NCBI GenBank assembly: GCA_000708835.1
Contig: DF237003.1
Location: 169,275-233,274 of the forward strand
DNA length: 64,000 nt
Source of the DNA: Klebsormidium nitens
Taxonomy: Eukaryota > Plantae > Klebsormidiophyceae
Direction: 5' to 3'
Below are positions 32,731 through 45,300 of the stretch, in pieces. The notes under the pieces were generated by a model that did no database searches, had not been told where the DNA came from, and was given only the letters and a program-made list of their open reading frames with translations. Both the position numbers and the translations under genes were made by a program. Numbering within the stretch: the stretch's first letter is position 1; each line of letters opens with the position of its first letter.

Positions 32731-35700
32731 TCAAGCAGTTCTTCTCCAGCCCCCCGCTTTTGTCCGAACAAACACTCGAGGCTGATCGAATGGGAAGACG
32801 TCCCACCAATTGGGGTTTTCTACCAGAAATGCAAGCACCTTCCTTGTAGCGGGCAAGAATTCTGTACCCTCTGAAGTGGGCGACGTGGATGTTAGACACA
32901 GCAAGTCGCGATCATCCATTGCTTGCATTTGTCGGGCTATTGAGTCCATTCTCTCGTACTGACATGGACCCACGTGGAAAGAATCGGTTGCCGTTTGATA
33001 CGGCACGGTCAAAACGCCTTGCCATCGTGGATCGGGACCGCACGCCATCATGCAAACGCCCCTGAAAAGAAGGTCAAGAAAGAGTCAAAGCGAGGCGACT
33101 CCTTCAAGAGAGGGCGACCAACTTGTGACGACACATCTTTATCAACTTCGGCGGCCTCGCTGGAATAGGGGTGACAGCGCCACCTGGCCACTTCGCGATA
33201 TTCAAGTCAACCATTCTGCAGCTTACGGAGGACCTCAGTCGGATGAAGGACATGACTGGAGAAAGTGACCTTAGAGACACAACAAGATGACCAGAGGAAA
33301 CGATAAAACGACCCGGAGGACAGCAGCGGCTTCCTCGAACCGCCACTCACCGCACAACCCCGTCCGGCCCGCGCGCGTTCACCGAGAACGTCGCCGGGAA
33401 CGCGCGCCCGCTCTTCGGCTCGATCCCGAGCCCCCGCACGACCGGCATCGACAAATTGCCCACCTCCCGGTCCTTCCCCGTGTTGTGCCCCAGGATGCAC
33501 GCGGTCTTCACCTCCAGGCACACGTTCGACCGGTGCAGCATCCCGACCAACGCCGCGGCCAGCGGCCACGACTGGCCCCCCATCACTGGCCCCACGGCGT
33601 CATCATACCGTTCCTCTTCTTCTTCCATCCCCCGCGCCTCGAGCTCCGACGAGCCCTCCTCGACGAGCCGCTTCCCGGGCTCTTGCGCCGGCCGCTTGCC
33701 CTTGCCCCCCGACGGCCGCTGCGCCTTCGCGGAGCTGTCGGACTCGCCGCCCCCACCGCCGCTGCCCTTGTCCTCCTCTTCGCGCGACCGTTTCCCCAGG
33801 GAGGGGCTCCGCCCCTCGTCGTCCGACCGGTAGTCGAACCGCGCCAACCGGTGCGCCTCCTCGGAAACTTCTCCACGCGGGGGGGCAACACTCCGCACAC
33901 CGCCCTCACCCCCCCTGGACATCGTTGCAGGCCGCGGCTGCGCCTCACTCTCCGGCCCCTGAGGTTCTACCTCGCTTGCGCCCAACCCCCCCGGAACAGG
34001 CATTTCCGCCTTTCCCGTCCCTTGCGAGATCCCCGCCTCCCCTCCCCGCGTCAATGCGGCAGCTGCCGTCCCCGACGGTTCGCCCGGGGCACTCCCCCTG
34101 TCGGTCCAGTTCTCTTCCCCCGGGTTGTCTTGCAGGTCAAACGCCCCCCCGGTTGCGTCTTCATCGTCCCCCTCGTCGGAGTCGTCGTAACCCCCCACAA
34201 GGTGGAGTTCGAGCGGCCCGTTGACGGGTTCCATTGAAAGGAGCATGGCCGCTATGCCGGACTTGATGCAGTCCTCCCCATCGATGTGTGCAACAGAGGT
34301 CCTGCAGAGGGGTGGAATGTGAGAACGACGATCTGGAGGGGTTGGTGTTGGTGGTCTAATGGACGCCAATTGGGTCAGGCGTAACCGTGAGAGACGCACA
34401 ATTCGAGGACGCGCGTCCTGGATGCCGCAGCGTCACTAGTATAGGAACGGTAGTAGTCAACTGCCGAAGTCAAACAAGCACTATGATTGTGATTGCAGAA
34501 TGGTCTTTCTGCAATCACTGAAGCGCGCCAGCTGCAAGGACGGAAGCTCAATGGACGCAACGGTCTTTCCTCAAATAGCACGATAAGGACACCTGTCGGC
34601 AAGTTTTACGGCAAGAGTTTTGTCTCTGGCTTTTGCAAGCGTTCACGCGAGTCTGTTTACTCCAAATGTCTGATCAGCAGCAACACACAGCACGCTGCCA
34701 ATTTCCGTAGAGCCCCCCCCAACCTGGTTGCGGCATGATAACAAGACTTGCCTGCCAGTCTCGGGATCTCTCAGCGCCACAGCTATGCACGTCGTCATCT
34801 CATCGGTCCCGACGACATCCACGAACGCCGGCAGCACCGTCGCTCGCTCGCGCTGGAACACGTAGACGGTTCGCCTGCTGGCGGAGCCGTCGATGGTGCT
34901 ATGCATCTCGGAGGTGCTCTGATTCTCGCTCCCTGTAAAGTGGCCCACAATTTTGGTTGAAAAGAAGAGCTTTCTGGGCGTCTGCTTTGAAACCAGAAAT
35001 TCAGAAACGAGGAGGTGCTCTGGTTCTCGCTCCCTGTAGAGTGGCCAACAAGTTTTGGTTGAGAAGAACTTTCTGGGCGTCTGCTTTGAAACCAGAAATG
35101 CAGAAAGGAGCAACAACGTGATCCTCAATTGGTGCATAGGAGTGAGGTATATTACGGGGGCGAAACCAAGTCTGCCTTCAATGGGGTTCGCTTGCCTGCT
35201 TGTGCCTCAACATGGCAAGCTCAACAACCAAGTAACTTGACAAGTCTGACATGGCAAGAGCCAATTGCATCGCATACGCAGACCAAATTGGCTGCCAGTA
35301 AGACTCTATTGCCTAGGACATGCCAGCACTTTATAGCATTGCAATACAGGGCGGCCAAGAAAGAACCGAGACGCCATACTCAGCCCCCTCCTTTTCAATA
35401 TCCCCCTTCCACTTGGTAACGTCCGTTCTAAAATCGCCCCTTGAAAACTGAAATCACGAACGAACGCCATACCCGATCGAGGTTGGCCGGAGTCGCCCCG
35501 CGGCTCTTGTTGCTCGGACGCTCCTTTTCCCGATCCGCTCGGCTCTGCTGCCGCAGGCCCCGCATCGCTCCTTCGCTCCGCAGCTGACTGTTCAGAAGGA
35601 CCTCTTGTGCTTGGACCACTTTCAGGACCAGAGCCCTTTGACTGCAAAGGAACCAATCGAATGCATTGTAAGTTGTTCTCCTTCTGCTTTGGCTTTTTTT

Positions 35701-38161
35701 TGTACAGTCTTACCGAACCGGCGGTCCCGATCCTGAGTTGCTTGCCTCATTGTCAATCAGCTGAACCAAGTTGGACATACGTGCAGGACATGCTCCGTAA
35801 AAGCTCATGTCAAACTACCTGACTTCTGGTAGAGCATGCGATCAAAGCAGTCAGCATTCGCTGACTGACGCAACAGTCTGCAACGTGGCCAAGACACACC
35901 ACGGCGCATTGCCTGCGGATGGGGACTCTACGTCATTCACAGAATTGATGCTGCATTTTGCATATCGTTTGTATGGAAAGGTGCCTGACACCAGACTTTT
36001 GGGCCTGCCTGGAGCACCTTTAGCCACGAGCGCATTCAGTGATTACGCAATCATAATGAAGCCAACTCCCGCTATCACCAAACCTTGAGCAAACGGAATC
36101 TGCCGGTTAGGCTTGGAATCATAAGCATGCTTCTGTTTTGTAAGGTCCCACATAAGTCCCTCTAGTAGATTCCTAACGCACGTTGTAGAAGGTGTGGTGG
36201 CACCTCTGCAACCCGCTCGAGAATCGGGTCCACTTACCTGGTCACCTTCACTGGACTTTGGACCAGGTTCTGCAGGGATGGACCCTTCTGTCCACGTGCC
36301 AGCAGGCGTCGACGGTGTATGGCCCCCTTCTTTTTGGTGCACTGTTTGGTCGTGGACAGACCTTGGGCTGGGAGGAGTCCTCCGATCCTCTGGGGCGTCA
36401 ATCAACTCCGGCTTCTGCTGCCGGAAAGCCGCTGCGCTTGCAACTATCTTCGGATGGCGCAAGAGGGTCAGCAACAGGTCCCAGCCCTAGAGAAGCGACG
36501 TTCGAGTCAGCATTGAAGAAGGTGTCAAAGATATTACGGCATTTTTTTACTGGGGTCATTGCAACTTGCTGACTGGAGTGCTTTGCAAGGTTCAGCTCAC
36601 AAGAGTCCTCACAGCGTCAATGTTACTAAAAGCTGCAGCATGACCACTCAATTGATATGGCCACCTTTCATGTGCCGGGATTAACAATCTCATCCGTTCC
36701 ACCATGCCTCTAAGTTTGTGGAAGTGCTGGCGCGCAGTGCGGATGCTGCTAACTGTAACCATTGCTCCAGAATAAAGCTGCTCAAGGCTTCAATGGAAGT
36801 CAAAGGTACTCGACAAATTGGACGCGAGAATCTGCTCAAAATACACAACTTTAAAACACGGCAGCCTTTGATCACAACGTCCATATAGAAGAGCAATGCC
36901 CCAGAGAACTTCTGCAATGGAGGATGGATTCCCAGGCTAAAGATAGAAAGCAGCCTAAAGATAGAAAGGAAGGATTCGATCTCAATCAAAGGATGTCAGT
37001 TCCTGATGATGGAAGCTCCCTCTCAAAAGCAACTTGGGATTGATCGAGTGTGGTTACGTAGCGACCACGGCACTCGTCTGATGAGCTCAACTGTGGCCGA
37101 CCTCTCTAAATGGGAGAATACAACGTCATAGTCTGAAAGTATGGCAATGCCAATGCTAGATCCTCATAGGTTAGGGTTCTGCTTGCAGGGAGGATTGATG
37201 TACTTGGCACCACGCCAATGAGGAGGATCCAGGCCAGGTCACTACAATGTGCTTGCACTGCCAATCGGTGACCACTCAGCCCCAAGAGCAAGAACCATGA
37301 GCTGATATCTTCAATTTGAGATAAACGATCCTGATACCTTCTAGGAGCTCATTCTGCGTTGCAAGGAGTGCAGATGACCGAAACTGGGAAGACAATTGCC
37401 AACAGATTGACCACTGCTGCAGAAAAACAACCTGGAGTCCAAAAGGACTACTAGAAGTACGCAAGCCAAATTTGTCAAAGGCAGCAGCTCAATGTCAGCA
37501 GCTCACTGTCAGCCTGTGCTGACTTCACTACTCCAGAATGTTTCACTTTCATGTCTGCAACCTGCTGCTGATAACATACTAACATAAGAAACAGCGTGTA
37601 AGGTTGACGACCACATGCAATGCTGAAGAACTCATACCGGAAAAAGGTGAGAGAAGCAACTTGTCCTGCACAGAAGTGGGCTTTGGGAGATAGGACAAAT
37701 GAACATTCTTTCTAAACTCATCAAGGTCAATGCAGAGGTTTGGAAAAATGCATACTAAGCTCAAGTACACGACGCATCAAGCTGTGCCAAGCGTGCTCCC
37801 AATGAGTGTCCACTGCTGTTGCAATAGCAGGAACTGACTTAACCACTGCAACTTCTCAACTTGGGCATGATAATCTACGGTTTCACATTGTATCACCAGG
37901 ATTGAGAAGAAAGAGACCAAAGGCACTACTGGTAGCACACAAAAAAAAGCATGCTTCCGATATAACAAGTGCCGGCTACTTCCCAGGCCAACAATGACAA
38001 AACTTTGACAGAAAGCGGGAAAGCAAATACAAGTATTTATATCCAGAATCTGAGCGTTAAAGCATTGCCACGAGCAAGGTATGCATGCAACTGATGCTTA
38101 CCTCATTGCCATCCCGCGATGTCGCAATATCACCCAAAGGGATCCCATCAACCAGCAACAT
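32731..38161 (-). CDS. NTAN1: Protein N-terminal asparagine amidohydrolase, extended by low-complexity insertions (6 exons, ~646 aa)
   Basis: Exons 38161-38102, 36486-36238, 35641-35473, 34932-34752, 34301-33351 and 33061-32731 are in phase (1941 nt; intron 4 is GC-AG). Motifs MLLVDG, LLRHP, VYVFQRE, GTDEMTTC (catalytic Cys), VAHID, LHLVGGYDD, RGPD, STSP..E..F. Confidence 0.9.
34910..35108 (-). repeat. 101-bp tandem duplication covering the NTAN1 intron 3 acceptor and exon 4 start
   Basis: Copies start at 34910 and 35011; each contains ...CCACT(C/T)TACAG|GGAGCGAGAA(C/T)CAGAGCACCTCC on the minus strand. Confidence 0.92.
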
Positions 38162-39267
38162 GCTTTGTTGCTTTTTTAATCCAATGACCTCACACTCTTT
38201 TCTGAGCTCTTGCTTGATTACCACAGCCCTGTCCAGGAGAACAGTTGCTCTTCCTGAGCTCTGTGCTCCGCATGATCTAGAGGTTTCCAGGAACACCCGC
38301 CGTTAGTAAAGAAACATCCTTAGCCTCTTAGCGTCCTGTCCACTTTGACCATCAACCACGGCATGTGACATCTAGAAAAGCCTCCTTCAGTGGCCCTGCA
38401 AGCGCCATCTCGTTCATTGATCTGCACCGCCTCAACTACGAACTAGGACTACCTACCAATCCTACCAACTGCCCAGCACGGATTGCCAATGCAAGCAGGA
38501 AACAACGCCACAAATGTTCCTTGTTGTCTGCTTTTCCTTTGGTTTTCCTTCGGTTTCGCAACGAAGTCTTCGATTATGACGGTTCGCCCGTCTTTGAATT
38601 ACCGTGCTCTTGACCGTGGATCCAGATTAGTTGCATCGGACGGCACACCAGGCTTTTAACCTTTTGCACAAATCGACGTCTATCCAGAAGTGCAAAAAAA
38701 CGCTCCTGCATCGCAGATGCTGACACATGTCAGAGTCAGAAATGTTGCCGTACGTGTCAGAAGAACACAATGTTATTGCCTGTACTTCGTCCGATTGGAT
38801 CCCAAGCCACTGTAGCCGTCGATTCTGGGTAAGCACGGAAAACCACAATTGTGGAGACGAACTGCACGCAGAACGCCATTGTGGAGGGTGCGCTCGATGC
38901 AAGGGACTGCATGCAAGGGACTCGGCCGGCTGGAGCGGAGGAGTGGATAATGCGGAATTTGTCAATAACGTCGTATCGAAATCGAAGGGTTGGCTGTCTG
39001 CATTACAAATGCCGTGAGGCGTGTGTAGCCGGGCTGGGGTTGGTTGTTTGCTATGACGGGGTAAAACACTTTGGAGTTTGCCAGTCGACAACCAATCAGA
39101 TTCGTTAACGAGTTCCAAATGAGCATGCATTGGTCAAGAAATGCTCCCTTTTCCCGCTATACGGGTCGGTTCGTCAGACTGTTTACATGCTATGACAGTA
39201 ACACCAAAACCTCCCTTAAAATCTAGAAGACTTTTGTAAAATCTATCGGGTATTCTTCTATTATTTA

Positions 39268-39726
39268 GGGGCTCGTCGCATGCGACCGCTACATTTCTGT
39301 TTCCGCGAGAATGTGGCGGTTCCAAGACCAAACCATCGCCGCATGCCACCGCCACACGGACAAAATTTTAGAAAGTACAGTTCGATCGCGCGATCGGACC
39401 ATCAAAACCGCCACAATCTGGATCGCGTTTTCGTACCCCTGCCAGATTCTGGCGGTTCCGACACTCCGAACCGGGGACTTTTATGGTCTGAATCTGCAGA
39501 CTGCAATTGCCCGGTACTGAATCGGTAATTATCCATCTTTTCTTTGCAATTAAAATGTATTTTTTGGAATTGGATCCGGAGAGTGACCGCCAGACTATCG
39601 AACGCGCCGTCGAAAACTGTACCTTGTTAACAATTTGTCCGTACCGCATTCGTACATCCTGACCCGAAGTCAACCCGCCACATTCTGGCGGAAATGTAAT
39701 TGTAGCGGTCGCATGCGACGAGCCCC
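39268..39726. mobile_element. PIF/Harbinger (Tourist-like) MITE, 459 bp, TTA target-site duplication
   Basis: Perfect terminal inverted repeat GGGGCTCGTCGCATGCGACCGCTACA, with imperfect complementarity continuing beyond 100 bp. TTA at 39265-39267 and 39727-39729. Several internal CCGCCA/TGGCGG motifs. No transposase ORF. Confidence 0.9.
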
Positions 39727-42356
39727 TTAGGAATTTCAGAATGCTGAATCTGGATCCACCATGCACTGTGCAGGCTGAGGAACTCCCGATGAGTGTTCCG
39801 AACATCTCGGCGCCCTCAAAGCTTCTGCCTACCGGTCACATTGCTCATGCGAATGCGATGTGCGCCAGTCCATTCAAGGCATGGACGCGAGAGAAGAACT
39901 TTGATGAGGTTGCTACAGCTGCACAGCAGCAGATCAATGTGGCTTTTGAGCAAGTTGTGACTTGCTCTGTAGTGTAGCTGATCAATGTGGCTTGTGAATC
40001 GAGAGTCCTCCTGAGTTCTGCGCGCCTTTCCTGCCCGGGCTGCTCCCAACGAAGTCAAAACACTTCGTATCGATGTCCTCCATATGAGCTGGACCTCAGC
40101 AGTGTTTTCGAAGGGGGGGGTTGCAGAGCAGGTCCATCCGAGTGGCATACCTGAGTGTGTGACCACTCTAGAGCCGATTGCTTGTTGAAAACTTTTTGTA
40201 AAGGGATTGTATGGAGCTGGCACCGCAGGTATATGGCATTTGTAAAGTGGTGAGCTACGCATTGTCCTTCGGAATCTTGTGCAGAAGCTAAGTGCGACTC
40301 ATGGTAGAATCGTCACGTCACGAGGCTGCATAGTGATCTGCTTCCTACATCGACAGGCATCATCCTTACTGGCACTTCCATTCAAGACGTGCGCCCGAGA
40401 CATACACATTCATTGCCATTAGCAATCTCGTAACAAAGCTTTGCTCGCCAATCAACTGAATTTGTAGCTCATAGACCTGCATTGCATCTTGGCATCATTA
40501 GAGGTCCCCGCATCAATAGACATAGTCGAAGAGTTCACCCCTGGTTGCTGGCTCTGCAACCTGAAGGGGCGCATATTAAGGATATCGTGGAACTCACGAC
40601 CGCCTCAAGACTTGATAGAGTGGAGCATTGCAGCAGAGGCCTTACAAGTCTGGTAAGAACCAAAACTCCCTTGCCGTCTATTTCCCCCAAGTTCAGAGCA
40701 GTGGGCATCGGGTTGCAGGCATCGTTGTCGTCAGCGCCTGCGGGGACAGAATCTGCTTCCAGTAGCAGTTTCAGGAACTCTACAAATGCCAAGGAGATAC
40801 ATTGCACTCTTCAATGGCTGCTGCTTTTTCTGATAAGATTACCGCATTCATTGTCTGATCAAGTTGTGCTTTGATGGTATGCTGAATTTGAACCATTAGG
40901 TTATTATTCAAGATGTGTATTGATGGTATGCATAGCAATGAAAGAGCCTTCTATCTGCAAGCCAGACACGTGTGGAATCTGCATTGCTCCTTGGCCTTCC
41001 TAGGCGAACGTGTTTTTCGTTTTGAGGAGCGTTCTGGTTTGCAAAACAAACAATAATCTGGATTTTTACATCCAAAAGTAGCCAACTTTGGTATGCGGTG
41101 TCATGCTTGAACCATTTGGCGCACGGGTGTCACTGCAGTGGCTTTGTGTAGTTGATGGTCAACCTAATGCCTTGTACATGTGCTGTTCCCAAAACTTGCC
41201 CCACAGTGGATGCACTCTATTCCACATTGGTCTCAGTCATGGTTCTGCTCTCACTTGACAAGCCCTCAAGGCCCGCTCAAGTGTACAGCCGTCCTGAATG
41301 GTCACAACTAATTGCGAAATCATTCGGCACCTGGAATGTTTGATGAGTCAGTATTTGTAGTTCTGTATTCAAGTCTGGTACAAAATTACCAGAGAAAGGA
41401 TTGTCTGACTAGATTTACAATCACGGGAAGCCTTTGCACCTCTGCACCCTGCACTGAGCCACCCTACTTTGGGTACTCATGTGCCCTTCGTCGCTTTGAG
41501 TTCAGGGTGAAGCTGTGTGCTTCAATGCAACAATTGCATACTGGCGTAACCAGACATCTTTGCTGCCGTTCATAAGCTTTTGAAAGTGTACTCTGCATTG
41601 AGACAGGTCCACTAGTAACCAGGCTCCTTGGCGGTGGTTCTGAGGGCCTGCAATTCTCTGCAACTTCTACCTCAGGAGAAAGTTAGAGGCAGCTCCTGAA
41701 CAAGATAAATAGAGCAGCTGCTTTCACTTGACCTGCTATGGATGGAGTGCATCTTCACCACTTGCTTTGTGCTCTTATACTCCAAACCTCTAAAGCGATT
41801 GGTGATACTCTCTGCACTTGAGGTTTCTTGCATTTTGATCAGCAGAGTTGGTATGCCTAGCTTGGCATCTGGGTGACAGACACCAGGTCCAAAAACCCAT
41901 CTCTTGGCCAAGGGGAAACCTCTAGCAGTCTGTTTTCGTATGTGAGATTGTGCCAAGGGTCAGTTCCAGGGGGCATGCTTAATACTCTACTATCTGAGAC
42001 CCGGCAGAACTTCTCTGTTCTATTGTATCCATGACCCAAGGTCCCACAGCCCCTTCATGCCATTGTACATTGGTCATGCTGCCAACAGAAGTTCTTCCAC
42101 CTTTGCTCACCAATTCAACATGAGCAAGGGCGAAACAAACGTGTTGCTGAGTCCAAATTTCATGCAGCCAACAGGCCCCTCGCACTGCATTGCTATTCCT
42201 CTCTACTGGTTGCGGATAATTTCACGCCCTTTCGTTGCAGGTCAATTGCCCTGCAAGGCGGTATATCGTGAAATGCACACCAATCGCAGCAGACAATTGT
42301 CATTTGTTAATCCCACGAGTGTCAACCTGACGCGCATCTTCCTTGCAGGGTGGCAG

Positions 42357-45300
42357 ATGGCGGACATGCAGGAGGCCACACGCAATGTCTATCAGCGTGT
42401 GCGGAACTTGGATGCCGCAAATGCATCCAAGCTAGTGGGGTGGCTGCTGATGCAGGACCATGCGGACGAGGAGATGCACCGGCTAGCAATGGGCTCAGAT
42501 GCGGTCCTGATGTCGATTCTCTCGAAAGCTAGGTGGGGTTTGTGCTCTGGCTCCCGTTAGTTTTGGCTCATTGCATCCACTGGTATCTGGGAATGCTTCA
42601 CATTTTCAGATGTGACAAAGAGTGGAGATTGGGACACATGTTTGGATTACCTGCCTGGAGGTGACTGGACGTTACGTTCGTCAAGCCACTAATGTGTCCC
42701 TTTCATCAAATGTGTTTCTTTCATCTGTCAACATCAAGCTGGTGCTTGGCAAAGTCCAAAGAGGCCTGTGTGCCACACATCAGTGGCTCTTGTTTGCATT
42801 CCAACTGGTTCAAATGGTCACATAAGCAGAATTTTACAGTTGCTCATTGAATATTATGATGATTCCGTGGTTCCTGACTTCTAACCTTCACAAACAAGCT
42901 TCTCCTGGCACTGCCCCTTCCCAAAATGAGTCCGCCTGCTGTCATTTCAATGCCAACTCTAGTTGTTTTCTGACGTCCTTTCTTGGGGCTCCGATTGACG
43001 CTGACCTCGTGAAGATAGAGCCAACTTCTGTCCCCTTGTTCTTGAGCTCCTCTTGCCATTCAGATCCATCTGCTGTTATTTTTCCTCTTGTCCTCTCCCT
43101 CACTTCTTATTCCATTCATAAGCCTCCTTCCAATTCCTCATCCTGACCCAAGCACCTTTCCCACTGCAGAAAAGAGCTCGGCCTGACCCCCCAAATCAGC
43201 CCCCACCAGCTGCAATCCGGTCTTGACGCCTTCTTCTCCCAAGGTCTCAGCGGCCTCAGCCTGGACCCTTATTCCAACGGCCTCCGCAGTCCTGCCCAGT
43301 CCCCAAAGCCCTTTCAAAACGGCTACTTCCACAGCCAGAACAGCCTCCCCCCTGAGAGAAACTTCTTCCCGCACGACGAGCTGAACCACCGGCTGGCTGC
43401 CAGGCTCGGCAGCGGCAGCTTCCCCAAGGGGGGGGGGTCTTACGAGCTCAGCCGGAGCCTCGACACTGGGGGGTTGACCATCCCCAGTCTCGACATGACG
43501 TACTCGAACGGGGGCCATGGGTGGAAACCGTGCATGTATTATGCGCGAGGGTTCTGCAAGCACGGCGCGAGCTGCAAGTTTCTGCACTCCCCCGGATCCA
43601 GCCCCAGTCCACGAATGGGGGGGTTGGACCAGTATGACCAGGATGGGTTCTCTCTAGAAGATGGGACCCCCCTGGAGCATTTGGAACTCGAGTTGAGGGC
43701 GTTGTTGACGGGGAGACCCCCCGTCAGCATGGCGTTGCTGCCACAGTTATATGCGGAGCGGTTTGGGAAGGTGTTACGGGCGAAGGGGTACGGGAAGGCG
43801 GGGCTCTCGCTGACGCTGCTCCTGGAGAAGATTGGTGGGATCATCTTCCTAGAAAGGTAAGTCGACTTTCCTCTTTTGCGTTTTCGTTTGTCTGCCTCTA
43901 CTAAAACATGCCTGTTAGACCTCCTCCTGTTCTCCGAGTCTGCCTCTTTATCTTCTCTTATCTGATTATTCTCGTTTTCTCGACTCTCTGATCTCCGGCC
44001 TTTGTAAGTGAAGCAGGAAACGAAGATTGGTAACAGCGGGCCTGAAGGTCTGAAAGGACTCCGTAAGTCACAATAAGTGCCTAGAGCATGGCGTGAGTCG
44101 ATATCTGCCACACAGAAGCTCAAAAACCATTAGAAAAGCAGAGGTATAAGCGGACCAAGCGTGAGTGTCGAATCTGAAAGACGGTGCACCCAGATGCTTC
44201 GTCCAAGGGATACTGATATGTCAGCAATGAGCGGACCTCCGCTCAATTCCACCAGACCAACCCGTCCTCACTTCGAGCACACATCCTCTTCAGACAGATT
44301 CATCCTTATTTTGAGCACAGCCTTTAAGCAACCTGAATCCAACTTCCAACACATGCTTCACCGCTTGCAGGCCGGACGGATTCAAAGTGGTCTGCCTCGC
44401 AGAGGACGCCGGCCGGTACAGCATTAAGAACGGAATCGACCCGGAAGCCGAACGGAGCAACCGCCAGATTTACCTCACCTTTCCCGCCACCAGCGTGTTT
44501 GGAGAGCAGGACGTTCGGGACTACTTCAGGTGAACTTACTGACAAGCAAATGCTATTTTACTGCCTGATGACGTGAAAATCTGTGGATGGTTGTGGGCGC
44601 CATTCGAGAACTAGAACCAGATGTTTGTCCCAGGTTGAGACGCTTTAAGTCCCCTTTGAACTTGACATCCGCTTCGTATGTCGGGCTCTTCTTTTCCCAA
44701 TCCCGGAGAGGGTTCAGCCGTTGCTGATCCACTGAAAAGTCCACTGGAAAGGTCCCTTGTAGTCAGCAAAAATCAGAACAGCATGCTTTTTGTGCTATCT
44801 ACCACAAATCTTTCGCCTAACCCATGACTTTGATAAATCCAACGTCACGACTTACCTGGCCATCTTGACGTGCTTATCAACCTCGGCATCTACGTTGATA
44901 ATCATCAAAACCCCTGCAAAACGACTCTCCCAAACGGAGCACCAGAAACTCAAACCCCCCCCAAAGCAACATCTCCCCACCTTGCTGACGATTGCTATCT
45001 TTGTTGACGCAGCCGCTTCGGCAAAGTGGAGGACGTTCGGATCCCGTACCAGCAGCAGCGCATGTTTGGCTTCGTGACCTTCTCCGGCCCCGACGCTGCA
45101 CGGGCCGCCCTCGCCGCAGAGAACCCCCACCAGATTCTCGAAGCGTTCGTCCTCGTGAAGCCGTACAAGTTCAAGGGGAAGGCAGCGGAGCAGTGAGTTG
45201 CTGCTCTCGTTTGCTGACTCTAAAGTCACGGCGCTGATATCTGAAAAGAATGCCCTTCGAAACCGAAACTCCGTCTGTTCCTTCGGTATTAGTGCAAGTT

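Noticed and set aside
33287-34237. 316-aa plus-strand ORF and nested ORFs
   Set aside because: Antisense shadow of the GC-rich NTAN1 exon; no independent motifs.
10588-37085. CTGATGAG hammerhead-core words at 10588, 25946, 31726 and 37078
   Set aside because: None is followed by a stem II closing onto GAAA with matching stems I and III.
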